Shown piece by piece: positions 40,590 through 50,041 of a stretch of 64,000 nt of DNA. Source of the DNA: an uncultured Alphaproteobacteria bacterium (GTDB taxonomy: Bacteria; Pseudomonadota; Alphaproteobacteria; Methylaequorales; Methylaequoraceae); NCBI GenBank assembly GCA_902526175.1, contig CABZJY010000002.1:52733-116732 (forward strand), read 5' to 3'. Under the pieces are notes generated by a model. The model ran no database searches and was not told where the DNA came from. It worked only from the letters and a program-made list of their open reading frames with translations. Positions within the stretch are counted from its first letter, which is position 1; each line of letters starts with the position of its first letter. The position numbers and the translations under genes were made by a program.

Positions 40590-42168
40590 CTTGGAAAAAT
40601 TTGCCAGATTACTTGAAAACATTATTTATTCACCATCAAGAAATAGAAAAATTGAACTTCTTGTTGAATATTATAAACAAACAAATGATCCTGATAGAGG
40701 ATTTGCTGTTGCATTAATAACTAATAGTTTAAAATTGTCATCTATTAGGAGTACAAACCTTAAGCAAATAATTAAGTCTAAAGTTGACCCTATTCTTTTT
40801 GATTTATCATATGACTATGTTGGAGATATGGCTGAAACAATATCATTATTATGGCCATTTAAAAAAAAAAAAAAATTATGTACACTAAGTTATTTTATAA
40901 ATTTTTTCCATGAAAATTCTAAATTACAAGTAGAAAAATTTTTAGTTTCCCAATTAGACAAAGCCTCAACAACAGAAAGATGGGCTATTATTAAATTATT
41001 TACAGGTGGACTACGAATAGGTGTTTCAGAAAAAAATGCTAAAGTATCTCTTTCCAAATTCGGTAATGTAAACCTAGATCAAATTGAAAAGATTTGGCAT
41101 GGATTTTCACCACCTTATGTTAAACTTTTTAGTTGGCTTGAAAAAGGTGGTCCTATTCCAAAAATCGATATATTAAAGACATTTCATCCTATGATGCTCG
41201 CTGATCAGATTGATTCAAAAAATGATTTTAGAAAGCTATCTCCTGATGATTTTGAAGCTGAATGGAAATGGGACGGAATAAGAGTACAATTAATAATTTC
41301 TGAAACTGAAACAGTAATTTTTTCAAGAAATGGAGACAATATTACAAATTCATTTCCTGAATTACGCTTTAAAACGAATAGAAATGTTGTATTGGACGGT
41401 GAATTACTTGTTGGAGGAAATCTAAATCCGGGTTCATTCAATGATCTACAACAAAGACTAAATAGAAAGAAAGTAAGCAAGGGCATTTTACAAAAATTTC
41501 CAGCCTTTATAAAACTTTATGATATTTTATTTCAAGATTTCAAGGATTTAAGAAGTATGAAATTTTCAAGTAGAAGAGAAATATTGGAAAATTGGTTTAA
41601 TAGCAACAAACAAGAAAATCTAGATTTATCCAGTATAATTTTTTTTGAAAACTGGAAAGATCTTACTAAAGTTAGAAATAAGTTTTTACAATCCTCAAAT
41701 ATTTATGAAGGAATAATGCTAAAAAAAAAAAATAGCATATATCATAATGGCAGACCTAAGGGTATGTGGTACAAATGGAAAAGGGACCCAAAGTCAGTTG
41801 ATGCAGTACTAATGTATGCTCAAAGAGGTCATGGTAAAAGAAGTTCATATTATTCTGATTATACTTTTGGTGTATTGGATGGAAAAAATCTAGTTCCAAT
41901 TGGAAAGGCATATTCTGGTTATACAAATGAAGAATTAGACAAACTTGATAAATTTGTAAGAAAAAATACTATACAAAAATTTGGTCCAGTTAGAGAAGTT
42001 GAGAAAACATTAGTTTTTGAAATAGCTTTTGATTCTATTTCAAAAAGCAAAAGACACAAATCTGGCCTCGCATTACGTTTTCCGAGAATTTCAAAAATTA
42101 GATGGGATAAATCTCCAGAAGAGATTGAAGACTTAAAAAGAATAAAAGATTTCTACAAATTGTCATGA
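40576..42168 (+). CDS. ATP-dependent DNA ligase
   Basis: About 530 aa. Adenylation motif I EWKWDGIR (KxDG) and an OB-fold C-terminus. ATG 40576 (MRRYSLEKFARLLE) preferred over 40546; both overlap the upstream gene. Confidence 0.85.
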   Translation: MRRYSLEKFARLLENIIYSPSRNRKIELLVEYYKQTNDPDRGFAVALITNSLKLSSIRSTNLKQIIKSKVDPILFDLSYDYVGDMAETISLLWPFKKKKKLCTLSYFINFFHENSKLQVEKFLVSQLDKASTTERWAIIKLFTGGLRIGVSEKNAKVSLSKFGNVNLDQIEKIWHGFSPPYVKLFSWLEKGGPIPKIDILKTFHPMMLADQIDSKNDFRKLSPDDFEAEWKWDGIRVQLIISETETVIFSRNGDNITNSFPELRFKTNRNVVLDGELLVGGNLNPGSFNDLQQRLNRKKVSKGILQKFPAFIKLYDILFQDFKDLRSMKFSSRREILENWFNSNKQENLDLSSIIFFENWKDLTKVRNKFLQSSNIYEGIMLKKKNSIYHNGRPKGMWYKWKRDPKSVDAVLMYAQRGHGKRSSYYSDYTFGVLDGKNLVPIGKAYSGYTNEELDKLDKFVRKNTIQKFGPVREVEKTLVFEIAFDSISKSKRHKSGLALRFPRISKIRWDKSPEEIEDLKRIKDFYKLS

Positions 42169-42206
42169 TGAGTGATATCATAAATATAATTTAATTATGA
42201 TTTTTT

Positions 42207-42620
42207 ATGCTAAAAGTTTTAGATAAGTTTCTAGAAAATAAAACTAAAAGTTTAAATTTTTTCTCATTATTACTATTACGTTTAGGTTTAGGAATTGCTT
42301 TTATAATACATGGAAAATCTAAGTTTCCATTACCACCAAAAAATCTAATTGACTTTTTTGGTTTTAGCCCTTTTTTAGCTTCTTTTGTTGCTATATCCGA
42401 GGTTGTAGCCGGTTTTACATTAATTTTGGGTATTTTTATCAAATCGTATATTGGAAATTTATTAACTAGGGCTTCGGCATTAGTAATTGTTATAATTATG
42501 TGTTTTGCATTTTATTTTGCACATAAGGATTGGTTTATAAATTCAAAATTATTTACAAGCGAACAAATCTTTTTAATATTAATTGGATTTTATTTTATGA
42601 TTAATGGAAATAAGGTTTAA
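42207..42620 (+). CDS. DoxX-family membrane protein
   Basis: 137 aa, four TM helices. LLLRLGLGIAFIIHGKSKF matches the DoxX N-terminal pattern. Confidence 0.7.
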   Translation: MLKVLDKFLENKTKSLNFFSLLLLRLGLGIAFIIHGKSKFPLPPKNLIDFFGFSPFLASFVAISEVVAGFTLILGIFIKSYIGNLLTRASALVIVIIMCFAFYFAHKDWFINSKLFTSEQIFLILIGFYFMINGNKV

Positions 42621-42628
42621 TTATTTTT

Positions 42629-43000
42629 ATGTCAAATAACTTTGGTATCAATGGTATTCTAATCTTAAGTATATTTTTATTAATTATGACAGAAAATTTA
42701 AATTCTAAAGAAATTTGTAAAATTACTGAATTTGAACGTTTCGATTACAATAATTGTCCATCAGGTAATCTAATGTTTGTATATATTAATTATTCTTCAG
42801 ATTATAGTGATTTTAAATATCTTGATTTTAAGGAATATAACCTAAAAATTCCAAGCATTTATTATATAAAAATCAAAACATTTGTTATTAATAATTGTCA
42901 AAAAGACAGAAACATTAAATTAAAGCAAATTACCAATCTTAATAAAAATGGCCCGAATAAATATAAAACTCAGTTTGTAATTTCATGTTTAAAAAGATAA
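42629..43000 (+). CDS. hypothetical secreted Cys-containing protein
   Basis: 123 aa. N-terminal hydrophobic leader, four Cys in the mature part, no recognisable domain. Confidence 0.35.
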   Translation: MSNNFGINGILILSIFLLIMTENLNSKEICKITEFERFDYNNCPSGNLMFVYINYSSDYSDFKYLDFKEYNLKIPSIYYIKIKTFVINNCQKDRNIKLKQITNLNKNGPNKYKTQFVISCLKR

Positions 43001-43119
43001 AAAATGATGAAGATGTTGAACTTAGAGTTTGTAAAGGATGTGATGCTCCTTTACCTTTTAAACCAGAAAAAATTAGTTACTTTAAAAAAAGAAATGATAT
43101 TTGCGACGATTGTCTTTAA
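42985..43119 (+). CDS. candidate 44-aa CxxC-N20-CxxC zinc-ribbon protein (not in ORF track)
   Basis: Hand translation: MFKKIKNDEDVELRVCKGCDAPLPFKPEKISYFKKRNDICDDCL. ATG start and TAA stop. Overlaps the preceding ORF by 16 nt in a different frame. No SD seen. Confidence 0.3.
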   Translation: MFKKIKNDEDVELRVCKGCDAPLPFKPEKISYFKKRNDICDDCL

Positions 43120-43339
43120 AAAGTATGTTCAAATTTATTTTATGAATACAACAAATGTTTGACATTAAAATAAGAAATTTAGTAAGCACACTCTTTTTTT
43201 TTTTATTATTTTTTATTTCAATGATTCTCACTCTATACACCATCATAAAAGATTTTCATTTAATTTTACACAAGGTACAGAATTTTTTTGGAAAAATAGG
43301 CTTTTAATTTTTGATAATAAATATTACTCAGAATATTTA

Positions 43340-43603
43340 ATGGACCTTAAAGCTAAGGAATGTGAAATCAATAATAGAAATTTAAAAATTTTTTTTTATT
43401 TTTCAGAAAAATACTATCATTTTGATACAAAAGAGATTGAAAAAAATTTAACTTTTAAATCACCATTTGGAGTATCAATAATCGGTTATGACGGCGAATT
43501 AAAATTTAAGAGTGAGAAATTTGTTAGTTTCAAAGATATTATCCTAATTATTGATAAGATGCCATTGAGAACAAAAGAAAAAAAGTTTGATAGAAGGTGT
43601 TGA
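43340..43603 (+). CDS. DUF4174 domain protein (3' fragment; conserved frame extends upstream to 43169, see finding)
   Basis: IIGYDGELKFKS...IIDKMPLRTKE matches the DUF4174 LIGKDGxxK...IDxMPMRxxE pattern. The family's WKNRLLIF N-terminal motif is in the same frame but upstream of the only ATG. Confidence 0.6.
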   Translation: MDLKAKECEINNRNLKIFFYFSEKYYHFDTKEIEKNLTFKSPFGVSIIGYDGELKFKSEKFVSFKDIILIIDKMPLRTKEKKFDRRC

Positions 43604-43641
43604 ATGGCTATAAAAATAATTATGTCAAAAAACTAATATGC

Positions 43642-44160
43642 CTATGAAATAATTGTCATTGCAAAATATAACGTTATCAAAGTATATATCAATAACCCAA
43701 CTACAATTAAAACAACTTGATTTGCTTTAAAGTAATTTTCTTTTGCCATTTCTTTTACTTGGTAAAGTAAATTAGGCCATGTGTATGATACAAAATCTCC
43801 TTGAGACATAATATTAATTAACTTTCCTGATTTATCAACAACAGGGACATGTCTGAATCTTTCGTTTGACATTTGTCTAAGCCATACCACTAGATCATCA
43901 TCTTTGTTAGCAACTTTAACTGTACTGGTCATAACATCTCTAAGCTTTGTTGTTCTTGGATTCATAACGTTATTAACTAACTTATTCATAACATCTCTCT
44001 CAGTAAAAATTCCTTTAACTTTTTTATCCTTATCAACTATTACTACTGAACCAAAATTATCTTTTGCCATAGCTTTTACTGCTTTTAATACTGTATCGTT
44101 TTCTCTAAAAGTAAGTGGCGGTTTTTTACTTTTAAACTCTGGTCTCTCTGATATTTTCAT
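43642..44160 (-). CDS. CBS-domain pair protein with C-terminal TM anchor
   Basis: 172 aa. Two CBS repeats (GSVVIVDKDKKVKGIFTERDV; HVPVVDKSGKLINIMSQGD) and a hydrophobic C-terminus. Confidence 0.75.
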   Translation of the reverse strand: MKISERPEFKSKKPPLTFRENDTVLKAVKAMAKDNFGSVVIVDKDKKVKGIFTERDVMNKLVNNVMNPRTTKLRDVMTSTVKVANKDDDLVVWLRQMSNERFRHVPVVDKSGKLINIMSQGDFVSYTWPNLLYQVKEMAKENYFKANQVVLIVVGLLIYTLITLYFAMTIIS

Positions 44161-44371
44161 TTTAACCCTCCTGATAAATGATAAAATATATATATATTAA
44201 TATTTTTCAAATAATCAAATAATTATAATTATTTTTCAAAGCTATAAAAGATTTTTTTATTATTGAATTTTTTTTTTAATTGCAAATTTCTATATTAATG
44301 TCCTAGCAAAAAATTAATAATTTTGCGCTTGAAAGCTTTTTTAACAACTAATTATTATCAAAAGGTTAATT

Positions 44372-45379
44372 ATGTTTTTTATAAAAGGTGTAAGTTCGGC
44401 TTTCCCAGAGCATTTTTATAAACAAGATGATATAATAGAGTTTTGTAAAAAAATTTTTTCTAAAAGCACAGACTTTTCCAAAATGTTAAAGGTGTATAAA
44501 AATTCTGGTGTAAAATCAAGATTTCTTGTGAATGATCTTGAATGGTATTTGCAAAAAAATGATTGGAAAGAGAGAAGTATAAGATTTAAAAAAAGTGCTA
44601 TTGATATTTTAAAAAAATCAATAATTCTAACTTTAAAGAAGACAAATTATAAAGCAAAAGATATCGGAGCAATTATTGTTATTAATACTACTGGGATAGT
44701 TACACCTTCGCTTGACGCAGAAATTATCAATTTACTTGATTTTAACAATAATATTAAAAGACTACCTATATTTGGATATGGTTGTGCAGGAGGTGTTTTA
44801 GGCTTAAATAGAGCAATTGAAATAAAAAGAAATATTAAAAAACCAGTGCTGGTTTGTAATATTGAATTGTGTAGTTTAACATTTAGACCTCAAATTCTAA
44901 CAAAGGAAAATATAATTAGTACTGCATTGTTTGGAGACGGTGCGTCGTCATATATAGTTGATAATGAAGGCAAATGTGGTGTTATAAAATCGATAGATTA
45001 TAGTTGGAAAAATTCTTTAAATCTAATGGGATGGAGTGTAGAAAATGATGGACTAGGTGTTATATTTGACAAAGAAATACCAAGATTTATAAAAAAAGAA
45101 TTACCTTTGATTGTAAATAAGTTTTTTTCAATTAAACATAAAGGTTTTATTCTTCACTCGGGAGGAATGAAAATCATTAATTCATACAAAAAAATATTTA
45201 ATAATCATCCGACTATAAAATATTCTCAAGATATTTTATCTTCTTACGGTAATGTTTCATCAGTTTCGGTCATACTTGTACTAAAAAATATTCTAGAAAA
45301 TAATACTAAGGGTAAATTCATTATGTCAGCAATGGGACCCGGTTTTTCTGCTGGTTTATCTGAATTGGTTATAAAATGA
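44372..45379 (+). CDS. type III polyketide synthase (BpsA/RppA/chalcone synthase-like)
   Basis: 335 aa. Catalytic Cys in GYGCAGG, His in LHSGGMKII, Asn in YGNVSSVSV, and C-terminal GPGFSAG. Collinear with bacterial type III PKSs. Confidence 0.85.
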   Translation: MFFIKGVSSAFPEHFYKQDDIIEFCKKIFSKSTDFSKMLKVYKNSGVKSRFLVNDLEWYLQKNDWKERSIRFKKSAIDILKKSIILTLKKTNYKAKDIGAIIVINTTGIVTPSLDAEIINLLDFNNNIKRLPIFGYGCAGGVLGLNRAIEIKRNIKKPVLVCNIELCSLTFRPQILTKENIISTALFGDGASSYIVDNEGKCGVIKSIDYSWKNSLNLMGWSVENDGLGVIFDKEIPRFIKKELPLIVNKFFSIKHKGFILHSGGMKIINSYKKIFNNHPTIKYSQDILSSYGNVSSVSVILVLKNILENNTKGKFIMSAMGPGFSAGLSELVIK

Positions 45380-45873
45380 ATAATTTTGATTTTTTATTAA
45401 TAACCTACTTAGTAATTTGTAGGATTATTGAACTTTTAATCAGCAAAAGAAATACAGCTAGGTTAATAAAAGAAGGAGCAAAAGAATTTTTTCCATCTCA
45501 TTATAAATTTCTTGTTCTATTTCATATCACTTTTATTGTTTATTTTATAATTAAGTCTTTCGATAATATTGATTTAAATTTTAGATATATTTTTTTGTTC
45601 TTTTTTTTTCAATTGGTTAGATTTAAAGTCATTTTTGATTTAGGAAAGTATTGGACAACAAGAATAATAGTTGTTGAAAAAAAAAAATTAATAAAAACTG
45701 GTTTATACCGTTTCTTTAAACATCCAAATTACATAGTAGTTTTTTTTGAAATCATTTTAATTTGTCTTATTTTTAATGATTACACAGCTTTACTATATTT
45801 TTCATTGATCAATACTATTTTGATTTTTATAAGAATATATTATGAAGAAAGAGCTAATAAAAATAGGTATTGA
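45376..45873 (+). CDS. isoprenylcysteine carboxyl methyltransferase-family membrane methyltransferase (BpsB/YpbQ-like)
   Basis: 165 aa, multi-TM. RIIELLISKRN, GKYWTTRIIV and FKHPNY motifs are collinear with B. subtilis BpsB. 4-nt overlap with the PKS gene. Confidence 0.8.
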   Translation: MNNFDFLLITYLVICRIIELLISKRNTARLIKEGAKEFFPSHYKFLVLFHITFIVYFIIKSFDNIDLNFRYIFLFFFFQLVRFKVIFDLGKYWTTRIIVVEKKKLIKTGLYRFFKHPNYIVVFFEIILICLIFNDYTALLYFSLINTILIFIRIYYEERANKNRY

Positions 45874-45883
45874 TTAAATTACA

Positions 45884-46321
45884 TTAATTTTCAAAATCTC
45901 TTAAAAGCTTCTTTATTTCAATACTGTGCATTTCTTCTTGTTTAACCATTTCTCTTGCATATTCTTCTATATAAATACTTTTATTTTCAGAACATGCTAA
46001 TAAATCTTTGTAAAGCCCTATTGCTTGTTCTTCATGTGTTAAGCTTTCGTTTAGAAGATCTTTAATTGAATGAGCATTAGATTCTTTTATTTCAGGTATT
46101 GACTGATCAGGATGTCCACCCAACCCAGTCATTAATTCACCAGCTTCTTGAGCATGTTCAAGTGATTCTGTTGCTTGTGATTTAAAAAATTTATCTAACA
46201 CCAATCTATCAGGACCAGTCACCATTAATGCAAAATGAGTATATTTTACTACTCCGGCTAATTCGCACCCAACAATGCTATTTAAAATTTTTAAAGCTTT
46301 TTCTAAATCCTGATTTTTCAT
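45884..46321 (-). CDS. ferritin-like (bacterioferritin-family) protein
   Basis: 145 aa four-helix pattern. N-terminus ILNSIVGCELAGVVKY resembles Bfr YLNKLLGNELVAINQY. The QEEMHSIE motif resembles Bfr DEEGHIDW. The first ExxH site is not cleanly alignable. Confidence 0.55.
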   Translation of the reverse strand: MKNQDLEKALKILNSIVGCELAGVVKYTHFALMVTGPDRLVLDKFFKSQATESLEHAQEAGELMTGLGGHPDQSIPEIKESNAHSIKDLLNESLTHEEQAIGLYKDLLACSENKSIYIEEYAREMVKQEEMHSIEIKKLLRDFEN

Positions 46322-46455
46322 AATCTTACTTTTTATAATATAGAATTATTTGTAAAGTATTTTAATTTTTTTTTAAAAAACTTATTCATATTACTTAATT
46401 CAATTAATTAAGGTAAGTAGAGTTTTCAAAAATGATATTATATCCGAAATAGGTA

Positions 46456-46487
46456 AGTCTATTTTGAACACTAATTCAAAATAGACT
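46456..46487 (-). terminator. 13-bp perfect hairpin downstream of katG
   Basis: AGTCTATTTTGAA-cactaa-TTCAAAATAGACT, located about 70 nt after the katG stop and before the ferritin-like gene promoter region. The following U-tract is weak. Confidence 0.5.
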
Positions 46488-46557
46488 AAGCACTAATTTA
46501 AGTCAATTAATTGGATATACAAATTAACGAAATACAAAATATACCTAACTAAAAAAG

Positions 46558-48699
<2,142 letters not shown>

Positions 48700-48839
48700 T
48701 CAAAAAAAATATTAAACTATTATATATTAATTAAAAACTTAGTGAATATTTTCCACCTTTTTCTTTAAAAAAATAACTAAAAATTTTATTATTAAGTTTA
48801 TATACTAAACTACATTTATGGATGCAAAGTCAATATAAA

Positions 48840-48856
48840 TTTAGAATTATTCTAAA
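48840..48856. promoter_or_regulatory. perfect Irr-type iron control element (ICE) palindrome TTTAGAA-TTA-TTCTAAA
   Basis: Exact 7-3-7 inverted repeat read directly from the sequence. It lies 8 nt downstream of the Irr-like gene stop and about 155 nt upstream of the katG ATG. It matches the ICE consensus TTTAGAA-N3-TTCTAAA as I recall it from Bradyrhizobium work. Confidence 0.6.
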
Positions 48857-48863
48857 TAAAAAA

Positions 48864-49277
48864 CTAATCTAAATCTAATATAACGTTTACACTCTCAAGC
48901 TTTCTTCCAGATGGGATTTTTGGTAATTTGCTAATTACTATTTCTGAAGAATCAACATCAATAAGTTTGCCAGTTTTTTTACAATAAAAGTGGTGATGAT
49001 CAGTTATATTTGTGTCATAAAAAATGGTATCTGATGACGTAGTTAAAACCTTCAAAATTCCTAGATCCTTGAATGTATTTAAGTTATTATAAACTGTTGC
49101 TAAAGAAATTTTTATCTTCTTTTTCTTTGCTTTTTTGTATACATCATCAACTGTGTAATGTGCGTCACCATCACCAAAAATAATTTTTATCAATGCTTTT
49201 CTTTGGTCGGTAAGTTTTAGCGGGGAATTTTTTAGAATACCAAGAAGCTTCTTCATATTCTTTTTTTTGTTAATCAT
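48864..49277 (-). CDS. irr: Fur-family regulator, Irr-like (iron response regulator)
   Basis: 137 aa. Fur wHTH (SLATVYNNLNTFKDLGIL). FYDTNITDHHHF motif as in Irr. Lacks both CxxC structural-Zn pairs of Fur/PerR/Zur. Confidence 0.7.
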   Translation of the reverse strand: MINKKKNMKKLLGILKNSPLKLTDQRKALIKIIFGDGDAHYTVDDVYKKAKKKKIKISLATVYNNLNTFKDLGILKVLTTSSDTIFYDTNITDHHHFYCKKTGKLIDVDSSEIVISKLPKIPSGRKLESVNVILDLD

Positions 49278-49335
49278 ATATTTATATTAACCAAAAAAAC
49301 CAATAAAATTCAATACTTTTTTACTTTTATTTAGT

Positions 49336-49986
49336 TTATTTAGAAGTAATAATTTTTTTTTTTCTTTTTGGGAAAATATTTTTACAAATAATGCAACTCA
49401 GCCCAAAACAAGCTCTAGCTTGACAATATTCTCTTCCATAAAAAATTATTTGTAAATGGAGCTTATTCCATAGATATTTTGGAAATAGTTTTTTTAAATC
49501 TTTTTCTGTTTGTGTAACATTCTTTCCATTTGTAAGTTTCCATCTTTGAGCAAGTCTGTGTATGTGTGTATCAACTGGAAAAGCCGGCATGCCGAAACCC
49601 TGTGACATTACAACACTTGCTGTTTTGTGTCCAACTCCAGGAAGGTTTTCAAGACTTTTAAAATTATTTGGAACATTTCCTTCATATTTTTCTTTAAGTA
49701 TTTTAGACAATTCAGAAATTGATTTTGACTTCTTTGGACCTAGTCCGCAGGGTTTTATGATTTTGTATATTTCATCTACACTAAGTTTGCTCATTGAAAA
49801 TGCGTCTTTGCCAACTGAGAAAAGTTCTGGTGTTATTTTATTAACTCTTTCATCAGTGCATTGAGCGCTTAATAAAACTGAAATTAACAATTCAAAATTA
49901 TTTTTGTGGTTTAGAGGAATTGGTGTTGATGGGTAGAGCTTTTGGAGTGTTTTTATTATATAGATTGCTCTTTCTTTTTTGTTCAT
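49336..49986 (-). CDS. nth: endonuclease III
   Basis: 216 aa. HhH-GPD motif LPGVGHKTASVV, catalytic Lys/Asp context, and a C-terminal four-Cys cluster. Confidence 0.9.
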   Translation of the reverse strand: MNKKERAIYIIKTLQKLYPSTPIPLNHKNNFELLISVLLSAQCTDERVNKITPELFSVGKDAFSMSKLSVDEIYKIIKPCGLGPKKSKSISELSKILKEKYEGNVPNNFKSLENLPGVGHKTASVVMSQGFGMPAFPVDTHIHRLAQRWKLTNGKNVTQTEKDLKKLFPKYLWNKLHLQIIFYGREYCQARACFGLSCIICKNIFPKRKKKIITSK

Positions 49987-50041
49987 AATAGAAATTGTTA
50001 CATTAAAAATATTTTAGATTAGTTTTTGAAATTATTTCAAA

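Noticed and set aside
42171-42185. TGATATCA palindrome just after the ligase stop
   Set aside because: An 8-bp AT-rich self-complementary word is too short to be a terminator or a confident operator.
42191-42442. 83-aa minus-strand ORF overlapping the DoxX gene
   Set aside because: It is antisense to a clear four-TM DoxX protein, and its basic low-complexity product has no motifs.
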